64,000 nucleotides of DNA, from positions 4,384,001 to 4,448,000 of the forward strand of contig OZ001293.3 in the NCBI GenBank assembly GCA_963921275.4, written 5' to 3'. Below, piece by piece: positions 1 to 12,146 of this stretch. The notes beneath the pieces are model-generated. The model did not search any database and was not told where the DNA came from. It worked only from the letters and a program-made list of their open reading frames with translations. A program made the position numbers and the translations under genes. Position 1 is the stretch's first letter; every line of letters starts with the position of its first letter. The stretch comes from an uncultured Hormoscilla sp. (lineage in GTDB: Bacteria > Cyanobacteriota > Cyanobacteriia > Cyanobacteriales > Desertifilaceae).

Positions 1-224
<224 letters not shown>

Positions 225-457
225 TAGCAAAGATTTGCAGTATCGTAAAGTTCAACTGGTGTAATAAGGCTGAGACACCAGCCCAAAAGGGGAAGGATAT
301 AGGTCACTGGCAATTGTATGTTTGACCAGTAAGCACTGACAATAAACCCGGCATATGGAATCCATCTAAGGTTACAATCAATCATCTGTAGGAACGGAGT
401 AAACCATGTATGCACTCTCTATCACCGGTCGATAGGTAGAGTAGTCACCAAAGACGG

Positions 458-836
458 TCAACCAATACTCTGATCTTCCAGAAAATCAGACTTGCAATCA
501 GATAATATCCATTCTTTTTTCGATAAAATAACGAAAGAGAAAACAAGTCCTTTGAGAGAATCGACTTGACGCTTTAAAATCACGACTCGATTGATAACAG
601 ATATCGCGATAGGAGTCCCAGTTATCGGAATTGTTGCTGGAAAAATCTGCGATCGCATCTAGCTGCGGTTCCAGCATTCCTTCCTCGCAGATAAACCCTT
701 CTATCCCAATAACGGCTAGATTATTTTGATAACAGTCGGCAATCAAATTAAAAGCTTGTGGTAGAGATAGATAAAGTTCGCCACCTCGGACAAAGCCAGT
801 AATATTTTTTAATATCAAGTCTGGATAATTACTCAC
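458..836 (-). pseudogene. Small hypothetical protein, possibly Imm40-like immunity protein, frameshifted near 570
   Basis: ORF 498..836 (LIADCYQNNLAVIGIEGF) appears to continue in the frame of ORF 458..658. The family call is resemblance only. Confidence 0.3.
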
Positions 837-948
837 AATTAATAACTTCGGGCTTTCATCATCTAGAGTGGAACGCGATACTCAAAGTTGGGTTTCGTCT
901 CTCAACCAAACCTACAGATGGTATCCTACAGATGGTATTATTTGCGAT

Positions 949-1548
949 TTATTTTAGCATATTTAACTCGATAAATTCAACCACCGCTGGCAGTCCTTCC
1001 TGAGTTTTCAAGTTGGTGAATACGAAGGGTTTGTCCCCGCGCATTTTTTTCGCATCCCGTTCCATTATACCTAAATCTGCGCCTACTTGGGGGGCGAGGT
1101 CAATTTTGTTAATCACCAGCAAATCAGATTTGCTAATTCCTGGTCCCCCTTTGCGCGGTATTTTATCTCCCGCCGCGACGTCTATTACATATATTGTTAA
1201 ATCTACCAGTTCCGGGCTGAAGGTTGCTGCTAGGTTGTCCCCCCCACTCTCGACCAACATTAAGTTCAAGTCGGGAAATTGGCTCTCCATTTCTTCTATT
1301 GCTACTATATTTATGGAAGCGTCCTCGCGAATGGCCGTATGGGGACATCCCCCTGTTTCGACCCCCATTATTCTCTCACTCTCTAAGGCCTGCGAGCGCA
1401 CTAAAAATTGGGCATCTTCCTGGGTATAAATATCGTTGGTCACCACCGCAATTCTGTATCGATCGCGCATAATTTTACAAATTGCATCAACTAAGGCTGT
1501 TTTTCCCGAACCTACTGGTCCGGCAATTCCGACTCGCAAAGCATTCAT
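949..1548 (-). CDS. ureG: Urease accessory GTPase
   Basis: GPVGSGKT P-loop, ETGGCPH, ESGGDNL and INKID motifs. Start taken at MNALRVG. Confidence 0.97.
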   Translation of the reverse strand: MNALRVGIAGPVGSGKTALVDAICKIMRDRYRIAVVTNDIYTQEDAQFLVRSQALESERIMGVETGGCPHTAIREDASINIVAIEEMESQFPDLNLMLVESGGDNLAATFSPELVDLTIYVIDVAAGDKIPRKGGPGISKSDLLVINKIDLAPQVGADLGIMERDAKKMRGDKPFVFTNLKTQEGLPAVVEFIELNMLK

Positions 1549-1561
1549 GTTGATTAATAAT

Positions 1562-2236
1562 TTAACTTCTAAACAATCGCGTGTATTGTGTTTCATGAGC
1601 CATACTTGCTAGGCCCAGTCCCCAACTACAACTACAAAGGTCGTCATCTTCTAAGGATAAAATATTTTGAGTGGCATTGGCAATATCTGGATTTAAATCT
1701 AGCAGTAGCTTTTGCCCCCTAGTTTGACCCAAGGGTATAAGTTTAACTCCTGCCGTGACCAGATTAGTTGCCCAACTGTGTAAATAACCAAGTATAGCAT
1801 CGTAGGGGGGAATCTGCCAGTGATATGCTGCTATGCCAAAGGCGATCGGATAATAGCAGTCAGTCCCACAAGTATCCAGCAATGTCTTCAGTTCGGGTTG
1901 CATTTCTCGCAGCAACCGTGAAAGCGATCGCCCCATTTGCCAGCTTTGTTGGCGCAACTCTTCCGTTTCCTTTGCCGCCCCCACCCATGCATTCCAGTAA
2001 CTCAATGCCGATTTGTCGCCTTTCGCCGCCCCCCAAAGGGCCCGCACCATCACCGCCGCTTCTATAGGAATTGCCCCATAGCGCAATTCCCGTTGTAACC
2101 ATTGTCTCAGGCTTTCCCAGCAGGCGATGGCCCCAGTCTCAACTAGCACCTCCAGCCCCTCAGAATAGCTATAAGCACCTACTGGCAAGGCTGGACTAGC
2201 TAGCTGTAGTATGTACAATAGTTTGTCATTGGTCAT
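1562..2236 (-). CDS. ureF: Urease accessory protein
   Basis: [21 protein letters not shown]-terminus and [12 protein letters not shown]-terminus. Confidence 0.96.
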   Translation of the reverse strand: MTNDKLLYILQLASPALPVGAYSYSEGLEVLVETGAIACWESLRQWLQRELRYGAIPIEAAVMVRALWGAAKGDKSALSYWNAWVGAAKETEELRQQSWQMGRSLSRLLREMQPELKTLLDTCGTDCYYPIAFGIAAYHWQIPPYDAILGYLHSWATNLVTAGVKLIPLGQTRGQKLLLDLNPDIANATQNILSLEDDDLCSCSWGLGLASMAHETQYTRLFRS

Positions 2237-2513
2237 TTTACCAAATTATCTTACTGTGGTTACTATAGCAAGCCGTGCAGGAGTTGTGCAACTGAGCGAT
2301 TTTAATGAAAGCCATGGCAGACAATGATTTCAGCCGCGATCGCCCCCTGACTAAAATTTGCACAAATGATTTAGGTTCGCTATATAGCATCTAAAAAATA
2401 TTCCTACAGATGGATATTTCATAATTCACAGATGGGAGCTAGTTTCCCAATATCAAATCTCAAATCCGATCGCAGACCATAAAATTTAATATTTACTATA
2501 TAAATCAGCTATA

Positions 2514-2623
2514 AGGGACTTCCAAATAAAAAAATCACCAATACCGGAGAATGCAGGGAGCAGAGGGAGTAAAACAAGCAGGTCAACTCTTTAAATTGGA
2601 GAATTTATTTTTGGTAGTTCCCT
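2514..2623. mobile_element. MITE-like element (~110 bp)
   Basis: Imperfect terminal inverted repeats AGGGACTTCCAAATAAAAAAAT / ATTTATTTTTGGTAGTTCCCT; no ORF. Confidence 0.55.
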
Positions 2624-3019
2624 AAGCAAAAGCTAGAATAGATAAAAGTTGACTCCAGACCAGGCGCGATCCCGCGAAGCAATGAAAATCTCCATTCCGT
2701 ACCCGCCCCCCAACTGGCAACTGCATCGGACAGACGGGTCTCCTGGGTTTTGGGTGATAAGTAAATCTTATAATCACACAAAATAGAGAGTTTCAGCCTT
2801 TTTTATAGCAGCAAATTGTATAGCAAAATACATTTTTCACTATAAATCCAGAAGAACCGGACAGACAAGATGCCTGTTATACGAGCAAACACGGTTGTTT
2901 ACAATTTTTTCACAAAGGCTTGCTAAGACTAGATTAAGGGACAATCCATTCCTGATTACCCCAAGGTCTGTAGAAAAGAGATATGTATGACTACTATGCT
3001 TGTTACAGTTCCGGGCTAT

Positions 3020-3148
3020 GAGGAAAGGCTTACAGCCTTTAGGAGCTCGCGAATTGCTCATGGTCGGTCGATCGGGCTCAAACCCGCTTCCAATAAGAGC
3101 AGTTCCCCAATCGCGTAGCGTGCAGCCATAGAACTTCGCACTGTCCAG
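3020..3148 (-). repeat. Partial copy of the MITE/IS end found at 43497-43662
   Basis: Reverse complement reads CTGGACAGTGCGAAGTTCTAT...GGAAGCGGGTTTGAGCCCGATCGACCGACCATGAGCAATTCGCGAGCTC, nearly identical to 43497-43600. Confidence 0.8.
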
Positions 3149-3420
3149 AAAATAAATATAGGCAAATATCTTGGGAATATAGCGTTTCTCAAATTTATGT
3201 GGTACGACATGGTAGGACAAAATGCAGACAGGATATGGGTTTCAGCTCTCTTTTGTATACCACACTAATAAGAGCAACTGCTATAAGTATCTTTGGTGGG
3301 AGGAATAGCTGGATGCTCGAATTAATCTCAAAACTCTTAGGGAAATTTATTGCTCTGCTTCTACAAGCGGACGATCCTAGTGCTGGCGATTGCGCAGTAC
3401 GCGCCGGCGCAGCCGTTCGC

Positions 3421-4584
3421 CTACAGCGCAAGCGTGCGCCTACGGCGATCGGGTAAGTCCTGCAATAATAACAAGAGCTCTCCCAGACGAAAGCGGGCCC
3501 TTACTGTATCTGGCTTTAAGGCAATAGCATGGCGGTAATAGCCGATCGCCTCTTGTAATTTCAGTTGTTCTCGCAGGGCAAAACCCAGGTTGCTGTAGAC
3601 TTCGGCAAGGTCTAATTTCAGGGCGATCGCCTTTTGGTAGCATGCGATCGCCTCTGCAAACTTACGCTGCTCTTGCCAAGCGGTCCCCATCCTATTGTAA
3701 GCTTCTGGATAATCTGGTTTAATTGCCAGAGCCTGACGATATTGTCCGATCGCCTCTGCTATTTTACCCTGCTTTTGCAGTATCACCCCCAGGTCGCAAT
3801 TTGCGTTTAGATAGTTCGGCTTTAAGGCGATCGCCTGTTCATACTGCCTCGCCGCCTCTGCTAACTTTTCACATCTTTGATAGCATTTCCCCAACTGATT
3901 GTAAAATTTCGCTTCTGGTTTAATGGCAATGGCTTTTTCATAATAGGCGATCGCCTCTTCTCTGCGGTTTTGCTCTTCCATAATTCTGGCCGCATTATAG
4001 TAAGCATCCGCACATTTTGGGTCAATGCTCCGAGCCTGCCCCTTTTCGTAGCAGGCGATCTTCTGTTGGTAATGAGCGAGCGCCTCTTGATAACGCTTTT
4101 CTTGGCAACGCATCGCCGCCAATTTTTCATGAGCCGCTCCACTTTGGGTCAGCGATCCCACTTGCTGGTCAGTCTCCTTCGCGTAGCGTGCGCGCAGCTC
4201 GATCGCCTCTAATCTTTTTCCCTGTTTTTCCAGGGCCAAAGCCAGGTTATCATAAGCATCAAGATAATCAGGCTTCACTGCGATCGCCTGTTTGTAGGCA
4301 GCGATCGCCTGTTCGATTTTTCTCTGTTCCCAGAAGCAAGCCCCCAGATTATTATAAGTCTCATGCCAATTTGGCTTTATAGACATCACCTGTTGGAAAT
4401 AGTTGATCGCCCGATCGTATTCCCTCGTCCGATAAGCAATAATTCCCAGCATCTGCATAGCCTCTACCTGGTGAGGCTGCTGTTTGAGCATCGCCAAATA
4501 AACAGCCCTCGCTTCATTCAGACGTCCGGCTTTGTAGTGACCCAAAGCCTTTCTTAACCAATCATTATCCGCTTGCTGTACCAT
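3421..4584 (-). CDS. Tetratricopeptide repeat protein, probably C-terminally truncated
   Basis: Multiple 34-aa TPRs (AIAxYxQAIALKPDY). The ORF ends inside a GC-rich repeat insertion at ~3390-3450. Confidence 0.85.
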   Translation of the reverse strand: MVQQADNDWLRKALGHYKAGRLNEARAVYLAMLKQQPHQVEAMQMLGIIAYRTREYDRAINYFQQVMSIKPNWHETYNNLGACFWEQRKIEQAIAAYKQAIAVKPDYLDAYDNLALALEKQGKRLEAIELRARYAKETDQQVGSLTQSGAAHEKLAAMRCQEKRYQEALAHYQQKIACYEKGQARSIDPKCADAYYNAARIMEEQNRREEAIAYYEKAIAIKPEAKFYNQLGKCYQRCEKLAEAARQYEQAIALKPNYLNANCDLGVILQKQGKIAEAIGQYRQALAIKPDYPEAYNRMGTAWQEQRKFAEAIACYQKAIALKLDLAEVYSNLGFALREQLKLQEAIGYYRHAIALKPDTVRARFRLGELLLLLQDLPDRRRRTLAL

Positions 4585-5101
4585 TTCACCTCCTAATCAT
4601 AACAGACAAATCAACGTTAATCATAGCTTCAATTTCCAACTGTTGAATTTCTGATTCCCGGGATATTTTATTTTAACAGACCCTCCGACGGAAATTACCT
4701 GAGTTTTTGGCGGTTCTCCCGATACCGCAAGTTATTGCTCTCACAACTCACCCAGGACATGCGATCCGGCCGCTCGACAGTGCTCTCGTCTTGCGGTGAG
4801 CGAAGTCAAACCGGCGGTGAGCAAAGTCGAACCGCAAGACGAGAGTCGGGCTAGTATTACACTAGCACATCAAAATCAATTCAGCAACTTTAAAGTAAAG
4901 CATAATTTCTTTGCCAACACCATGGTAATAGTAGATGAATTACAACAGCACTCCGAGCAGATAATTATGTTAGCATATTAGATGGTAGTGTGTTAGCTAG
5001 CACCGGTAGTCTTAGATATTTACTTTGCCGCTGGGAGCTTGTAGCTTTGGTTCCGAAAAAACCAGTTACGAGTCGCGCGAAAAGCGCTTGCCTTCAGGAG
5101 T

Positions 5102-6937
5102 GAGAACTTCAACTTCAATGTCAGCCGGAACTTCGGCGACCTCAACAACAACATTAATAGCTACGGCGCTAATGGTTTGCCAAACGGTTTAACCATTAAC
5201 TCCACTACTGGGGTGATCAGCGGCACTCCTACTACTGATGGCAGTTTTACCGTGACGGTAACAGCAACGGATAGGGCGGGAGGCCGGGGAGAGGATGAAT
5301 TTAATATTACAGTATCGCGTCCCACTAGCTTCACCCTTTCTGATAGTTTCGCTCTCAATGGCAACTTTACCAATTTGTACATCGGTGACTTTAATGGGGA
5401 CAATTATGATGATATCCTCCGTCAAGAAAAGGGCAGTTGGTCCAACGACGATGCCTATCGGACTGCTGAAGTCCTCTTATCCCAAGGTAACGGCAACTTT
5501 ACCCGCACCACCCTTCCTGATAGTTTCGCTCTCAATGGCAACTTTACCAATTTGTATGTCGGTGACTTTAATGGGGACAATCATGATGATATCCTCCGTC
5601 AAGAAAAGGGCAGTTGGTCCAACGAGGATGCCGTAAGGACTGCTGACGTCCTTTTATTCCAAGGTAACGGCAACTTTACCCGCACCACCCTTCCTGAGAG
5701 TTTCGAGCTCAATGGCAACTTTACCAATTTGTATGTCGATGACTTTAATGGAGACGGGAAAAGCGATATCCTCCGTCAAGAAAAGGGCAGTTGGTCCAAC
5801 GACGATGCCTATCGGACTGCTGAAGTCCTCTTATCCCAAGGTAACGGCAACTTTACCCGCACCACCCTTCCTGAGAGTTTCGAGCTCAATGGCAACTTTA
5901 CCAATTTGTATGTCGGTGACTTTAATGGAGACGGGAAAAGCGATATCCTCCGTCAAGAAAAAAGCAGTTGGTCCAACGAGGATGCCGTAAGGACTGCTGA
6001 AGTCCTCTTATCCCAAGGTAACGGCAACTTTACCCGCACCACCCTTCCTGATAGTTTCGCTCTCAAGGGCGACTTTACCAATTTGTATGTCGGTGACTTT
6101 AATGGAGACGGGAAAAGCGATATCCTCCGTCAAGAAAAGGGCGATTGGGATAACGATGGCATTCGGACTGCTGAAGTCCTCTTATCCCAAGGTAACGGCA
6201 ACTTTACCCGCACCACCCTTCCTGAGAGTTTCGATCTCAAGGGCGACTTGACCAAGTTGTATATAGAAGATTTGGATGGTGATGGCCGAGATGAGATTCT
6301 GGTTCAAAAAAAATCGGCCCAAGGGGATCTGTCCCGCGTCCTGAAGGTATTGTCCTCAAATGATGGGCGCAATTTTACCGAATCTCTGCTCCCTTCTGCG
6401 CTTCAGTTTTCCAGTCAAAGCGGGCAACTGTATATTGCCGATTACTCCGGCAGTGGGCAAAACAATGATGTTCTGGTTCAGGGTTCTGGACACCAAGCGC
6501 TGCTAGGCAGCATTACCCTGGGGAGCAATGACTACCTTCAAGGGGGAACAGGAAACGATTCCCTCAATGGGGGTAACGGAAACGACTGGATTCGCGGATA
6601 CGGGGGCGACGATACCCTTTTAGGGGGCAGCGATAACGATACTCTCTATGGCGACGAGGGAGAGGATATTCTCAATGGGGGTAAGGGGCACGACATGCTT
6701 TACGGCAATTCCGGTAGTGATACTTTTGTCTTGGCCCGGGGCATGGGCGGGGATACCATCCAGGACTTTTCAGATGGTACGGACTTTATCCGGTTAGAAG
6801 GAGGTTTGAGTTTTGCTGATTTAGGAATTGATTCTCAGAACGGTTCGACTTCTATTAAGGTCAGTGCTTCTGGGGAACTGTTGGGGATTTTGTCGGGAGT
6901 TGATTCTAGTCTTATTGGTGCTTCTGATTTTGTTTAG
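5102..6937 (+). CDS. Putative Ig + FG-GAP/VCBS repeats + RTX Ca-binding secreted protein, 5'-truncated
   Basis: GLPNGLTINSTTGVISGTPT (He_PIG), about five 59-aa repeats with GDFNGDGKSDIL, and GGxGxD nonapeptides. The reading frame extends upstream of 5177 without an ATG. Confidence 0.85.
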   Translation, partial: ENFNFNVSRNFGDLNNNINSYGANGLPNGLTINSTTGVISGTPTTDGSFTVTVTATDRAGGRGEDEFNITVSRPTSFTLSDSFALNGNFTNLYIGDFNGDNYDDILRQEKGSWSNDDAYRTAEVLLSQGNGNFTRTTLPDSFALNGNFTNLYVGDFNGDNHDDILRQEKGSWSNEDAVRTADVLLFQGNGNFTRTTLPESFELNGNFTNLYVDDFNGDGKSDILRQEKGSWSNDDAYRTAEVLLSQGNGNFTRTTLPESFELNGNFTNLYVGDFNGDGKSDILRQEKSSWSNEDAVRTAEVLLSQGNGNFTRTTLPDSFALKGDFTNLYVGDFNGDGKSDILRQEKGDWDNDGIRTAEVLLSQGNGNFTRTTLPESFDLKGDLTKLYIEDLDGDGRDEILVQKKSAQGDLSRVLKVLSSNDGRNFTESLLPSALQFSSQSGQLYIADYSGSGQNNDVLVQGSGHQALLGSITLGSNDYLQGGTGNDSLNGGNGNDWIRGYGGDDTLLGGSDNDTLYGDEGEDILNGGKGHDMLYGNSGSDTFVLARGMGGDTIQDFSDGTDFIRLEGGLSFADLGIDSQNGSTSIKVSASGELLGILSGVDSSLIGASDFV

Positions 6938-7207
6938 TTACGGTAAGGCTGTTGTTTTCCCTGGGGGGCCTTTGACTGCTATTGGGGTGTGGTCTTGCGC
7001 CCGTTGGTAGGAGACAGTAGCCGGGCCAGTGAAGGGCCGGGTCTGTCCTATGGTAAAGCAGGAAATGTTACCAATGTCGCCGGTAACCAACACTTGAGTT
7101 ATAATAAACAAACGTGCCACTCGTTCCGGCGTAAGTCAGAAATATGACGATAGTCGGGCTAGTATTACACCAGCACCTCTACAGAAAAATACAAGAGAAA
7201 CCAAAAA

Positions 7208-10065
7208 ATGAAGCATAATACCAATGCCAACACCATGGTAGTAGTGGATGCTTCCCTAGAAAACTACCAGCAGCTTATAGACGGCATCCGGCCTGGGGCC
7301 AAATCTTTCCTCTTAGACCTTCGGTCCGATGGCATCAAACAGATCGGCGAACTTCTCCGACAGCATAAAGAAACAGAGGTTCTGCACCTACTTTCCCACG
7401 GCAGCCCTGGCTGTCTGTATCTGGGAAACTCCCAACTGAGTTTAGATACTCTAGGAGATTACGCCTCTACCCTGCAGAAGTGGAAGGTAAAACAACTCCT
7501 ACTCTACGGCTGTAACGTCGCCGCCGGAGATGCAGGAGAGGAGTTGATGACTAAGCTACAGGCCCTGACCGGGGCATCCCTCGCCGCCTCTACTACCCGG
7601 ACAGGGGCAGCAGCCCGGGGCGGAAATTGGAAGTTGGAGTGGCGAACTCCGGGGATGAAAACTCCCTTAGCATTGTCCGCAGAAGCTCAGATGGCCTATG
7701 GGGGCATATTGATCTCCCAGCAGGAGTATCAGGCCTTAAGGGCTCTATACCAAGGCACCAATGGAACTTCTTGGAGTAACAATACAGGCTGGCGGGACTG
7801 GAATTTCAACAGCGCAATTCCCCCCAATGATTCTGTTGTTAATGGTTGGCATGGAGTGGCGGTAGCTAACTCCCAGGTGATTAACCTCCGGCTGAACTCC
7901 AACCAACTGACTGGCAGCATCCCGACGGAGTTAGGGAATCTTTCCAATTTGGTATCTCTCTGGCTGTACTCCAACCAACTGACTGGCAGCATCCCGACGG
8001 AGTTAGGGAATCTTTCCAATTTGACATCTCTCCTTCTGGAAGAGAACCAACTGACTGGCAGCATCCCGACGGAGTTAGGGAATCTTTCCAATTTGGTGGG
8101 GCTCTGGCTGTACTCCAACCAACTGACTGGCAGCATCCCGACGGAGTTAGGGAATCTTTCCAATTTGGTATCTCTCTGGCTGTACTCCAACCAACTGACT
8201 GGCAGCATCCCGACGGAGTTAGGGAATCTTTCCAATTTGACATCTCTCCTTCTGGAAGAGAACCAACTGACTGGCAGCATCCCGACGGAGTTAGGGAATC
8301 TTTCCAATTTGGTGGGGCTCTGGCTGTACTCCAACCAACTGACTGGCAGCATCCCGACGGAGTTAGGGAATCTTTCCAATTTGCAGTTGCTCCTGCTGGA
8401 CAGAAACCACTGACTGGCAGCATCCCGACGGAGTTAGGGAATCTTTCCAATTTGACATCTCTCTGGCTGTACTCCAACCAACTGACTGGCAGCATCCCGA
8501 CGGAGTTAGGGAATCTTTCCAATTTGAAATCTCTCTTTCTGGAAGAGAACCAACTGACTGGCAGCATCCCCCAAGAGGTTCTAGATTTGAGTGCCTCAAA
8601 GCGATTGGAAAACCCCCCTTATGTTTTAACCGAGATTCCCGACGTCCAACTCTTGCTAGGTAATAACCTCAACATAGACATTAGCGCAAATTTCGGCGAC
8701 ATCAATAACAACATCGACAATTACACAGCTACCGGTTTACCAGGGGGCGTAACTATCAACTCTCAGGGAGTTATCAGCGGTATCTCTACTACCGCAGGCA
8801 TCTTTACCGTAACAGTAACCGCCATCGACAGAGCGGGATCTGAAGTGACAGATACCTTTGATATTGTTATAAAGAACTCCCCTCCTACCGATCTAGAACT
8901 CAGCAGCAGTAGCATCGATGAAAACTCCGCCGTCAATAGCGTCGTGGGGACTTTCTCCACTACCGACCCCGACAGTGGAGATACTTTTACCTACCAGTTA
9001 GTCTCAGGCGCCGGTGCCGAAGACAACGCCGCCTTCAGCATAGAAGGGAACCAACTGCAAATCAACAGTTCACCGGACTATGAGACCCAGTCGAGTTACA
9101 GCATCCGCGTCCAAACTACCGACGCTGCTGGGGCCAGTTACTCAGAGACCTTGACCATTAACGTAAACGATGTTCCCGAGTCTCCTACCGGCCTCAACCT
9201 CTCTGGCAACAGCATTGATGAAAACTCCGCCGTCAATAGCGTCGTGGGGACTTTCTCCACTACCGACCCCGACAGTGGAGATACTTTTACCTACCAGTTA
9301 GTCTCAGGCGCCGGTGCTGATGATAACGCCGCCTTCACCATTTCCGGGGACCAACTGCTAATTAACAGTTCACCGGACTATGAAACCCAGTCGAGTTACA
9401 GCATCCGCGTCCAAACTACCGACGCTGCTGGGGCCAGTTACTCAGAGACCTTGACCATTAACGTAAACGATGTTCCCGAGTCTCCTACCGGTCTCAACCT
9501 CTCTGGCAGCAGCATTGATGAAAACTCCGCTGAGGGTGCAGTCGTGGGGATCTTCTCCACTATCGACCCCGACTCTGGAGATAGCTTTACCTACCAGTTA
9601 GTCTACCTCCGGGGGACGCCCAACGGGGAACAACTGTTAGGTCTAGGAGGAAAAGACCAGCTCTTTGGGAAAAAAGGGAACGACACCCTCATTGGTGGCT
9701 CGGGAAAGGATCGCCTCTACGGAGGAGGTGGGAACGACTCTCTCATCGGCGGACGTGGAAAAGATTACCTCTACGGAGAAGATGAGAACGACTCCCTCAT
9801 CGGCGGATATGGAAACGATACCATCTACGGAGGGGAGAACGCCGATATTTTTGTTCTGAAGCAGGGCCATGACCGGGATACCATCATAGACTTTGAAGAT
9901 GGCACGGACAAGATCGGGCTAGCAGGAAGTTTGAGTTTCAACGATTTGCAGATCGTCCCTCAGGGCCGAAATGTCTTGATTAACTTTGGAGAGGAAACCC
10001 TGGTCACCCTACAGCGCATTGATTTGACCCTGATTACTAGCGATGATTTCACTGTGGTTACTTGA
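7208..10065 (+). pseudogene. DUF4347 + plant-type LRR + Ig + cadherin + RTX surface protein, split by a 1-nt deletion near 8410
   Basis: DUF4347 motifs (LSHGSPG, LYGCNVA, GGNWKLE), 24-aa LRRs NQLTGSIPTELGNLSNL, cadherin repeats (DYETQSSYSIRV) and an RTX tail. One repeat reads AACCACTG instead of AACCAACTG. Confidence 0.9.
7900..8570 (+). repeat. 72-bp LRR-coding tandem repeat (~10 units)
   Basis: AACCAACTGACTGGCAGCATCCCGACGGAGTTAGGGAATCTTTCCAATTTG recurs every 72 bp. Confidence 0.95.
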
Positions 10066-10499
10066 AGTTTACCACAATGGGGGGAACCTCAATGCCCCAC
10101 GAGCCGCCCCCGCTGCGCATGGCTGCCGCCACGCTGCGCGATGTGGGCGCGGTGTCTAGAGCGTACCTAAGTGTCTGGAGCATACCGATGGCGCTACGCT
10201 GGGGGCGCCAGCCGTGTCCTTCAGGACAAGAGTATGCGGAAGACACTTAAGTCCTTCAGGACAAGAGTACGCGGAAGACGCCGCAGCAGCGCATGCGATA
10301 CCTGAGGGGTTGCCGGCGTTGCATCCCGAAGGCAGCAAAAGAAAATTTACCCTGCTGCTAGTCGTGACACCGTCACTGCTATGATGAAAAGACAACCAAA
10401 GATGAAAATCTAGGTACTAAGCAAGCGGAAATAGTGCCTCGCGCGAACCCGTTAAAACAGGGAAGCAGTGCCCATGACTTGGGTAACGTGTCGCCTCCT

Positions 10500-10915
10500 G
10501 TGGATTATTTTAATCTCTATAACGATACCTACGGTCATCAAGCTGAAGATAATTGTTTGCGGGCAGTTGCCCGGGCTATTAACATAAATCTCAAGCGGCC
10601 AGGAGATTTAGCTGATCGTTATGGCGGGGAAGGATTTGCTGTCATTCTACCGCAAACGGATCTTTATGGAGCACAGCATATCGCCAAAATTATCGGGTCA
10701 GAGATCCAACAACTGAAGATTCCCCATGCATTGTGAGTGAATATGTTACCATGAGTATGGGTATTTCTAGTACCTTTCCCCATCATAAACTTTACAAAAA
10801 AGACCTAGTAGCTGCTGCGGATAAACCCCTTTATCAAGCAAAAGCTAAAGGTCGTAATACCTACTGTTTTCACTCTTTAGGAGAATTGCGAATGGCTGAA
10901 CGGGCAATCAACTAA
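10500..10915 (+). pseudogene. GGDEF diguanylate cyclase fragment
   Basis: VDYFNLYNDTYGHQ...RYGGEGF, a frameshift at ~10735, then ADKPLYQAKAKGRN. No N-terminus. Confidence 0.85.
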
Positions 10916-10929
10916 CAACTAACAACTAA

Positions 10930-11367
10930 CTAATGGTGATGTCCATAAGCCCCCGTTTCTGGTTGAAAAGCTAAAACCGCCTCAGTTACTTCTAAACCCA
11001 TTTGTTCTAGCATTGTCTTCAATACCGGATCTGATTCGAGGCGCAAATAGGTGGGAGTGATTTCCAGGGGAACATGACGATTTCCCAGATGATAAGCTGC
11101 CCGCAGTAGATCCAATGGCCTCTGGGAAGTTACATTCAGCACGGGTTCGGGTTTGGCCGTTACCCGCACTAATCGATCGCCCGTTTCCGTTTGCAATAAA
11201 TCGCCATCCCGCAGTACCGTACCTCTAGGTAAACGCAGATAGACAACTCGACCGTCAGGTGTTTCAAAGCGGTGACGGCTACGGGTGCGCTCAGTTGCCG
11301 TGAGTGCTAGAGTAAAGCTGACCGCTACATCAGGATCTGTAGGTAGACATTTAGTGAAAGTCAGCAT
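10930..11367 (-). CDS. ureE: Urease accessory nickel chaperone
   Basis: [20 protein letters not shown] and a His tail. Confidence 0.96.
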   Translation of the reverse strand: MLTFTKCLPTDPDVAVSFTLALTATERTRSRHRFETPDGRVVYLRLPRGTVLRDGDLLQTETGDRLVRVTAKPEPVLNVTSQRPLDLLRAAYHLGNRHVPLEITPTYLRLESDPVLKTMLEQMGLEVTEAVLAFQPETGAYGHHH

Positions 11368-11369
11368 CC

Positions 11370-11846
11370 TTATTGAGTGAAAGATTTTCTTTGTTGGCGG
11401 AGTAATTCATCTTCCAGCAGTTGTCTGAGATCCCGATCGGCTGGCAAGTTAGCGGTGATATCATTGAAACGGCTAACCGTGAATCCATTTCTTTGGGCAA
11501 TCTCAAGAGATCTAGTGCAGTAATTGACAGCAATCTCTTTGACATCTAAGGGCAGATCGGCTATAGTTTGAGGCTGGTTGCAAATAATCAGCGGCACCTT
11601 GCTTGAGTTTTGCTCAACTTGATTGTAGGCGGCCCGTCGGAAGGGCTCGATCGCCAGCACCGCTTTGGCATAGTTTGTAACTTCTTCATCGCTGAGAAAA
11701 ACCGGCGGGGGCGGGGGCGGCACTTCCCGCCCCACGAGCGGCGGCGGGGCGGAGGTACATCCAGATACAATAGAGGCGATACTGGCTAGTATTCCTAGGC
11801 CCAGGGCAGGCCAAGGCCTAGGACTGGAATCACATTGGTTGGTCAT
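11370..11846 (-). CDS. DUF4168-like exported (lipo)protein
   Basis: Signal peptide with [20 protein letters not shown]...[10 protein letters not shown]. Confidence 0.7.
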   Translation of the reverse strand: MTNQCDSSPRPWPALGLGILASIASIVSGCTSAPPPLVGREVPPPPPPVFLSDEEVTNYAKAVLAIEPFRRAAYNQVEQNSSKVPLIICNQPQTIADLPLDVKEIAVNYCTRSLEIAQRNGFTVSRFNDITANLPADRDLRQLLEDELLRQQRKSFTQ

Positions 11847-12146
11847 AGGCCCTCGAAGCTACATCCATCCGATTTTATCAGCTATACTGCGAATGGTCAC
11901 GAACTGCGCCTAAGAGAGCAGCCAATATGTCCGGAGCAAGGGTGGGATGTAGCCGTTCTCTTTGTGTAGTCCGAATAACTCCCCCCCCGTTAGCGCCGCG
12001 GCGCTAACGGGGGGGTCTTAGGTAGAAGCATACCACAGTGGAGATTTTGGGAACTCCCCCTCGCAATGACACGTTCTTCTCCATTTTGCGCAAGTCGATC
12101 CCTTTCAAAGTATAGTCCGACTCCCGCGACAGCCAGAACCCGACTA

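Noticed and set aside
2840..3220. 126-aa ORF (and 43504..43686)
   Set aside because: Translations of a MITE-derived repeat.
7900..8570. CRISPR-like constant/variable pattern
   Set aside because: The 72-bp period is in frame and encodes LRRs; the variable parts recur.
7729..8599. Antisense repetitive ORFs
   Set aside because: Shadows of the LRR repeats; likewise for other antisense ORFs over ureG, ndh, purH and the precursors.
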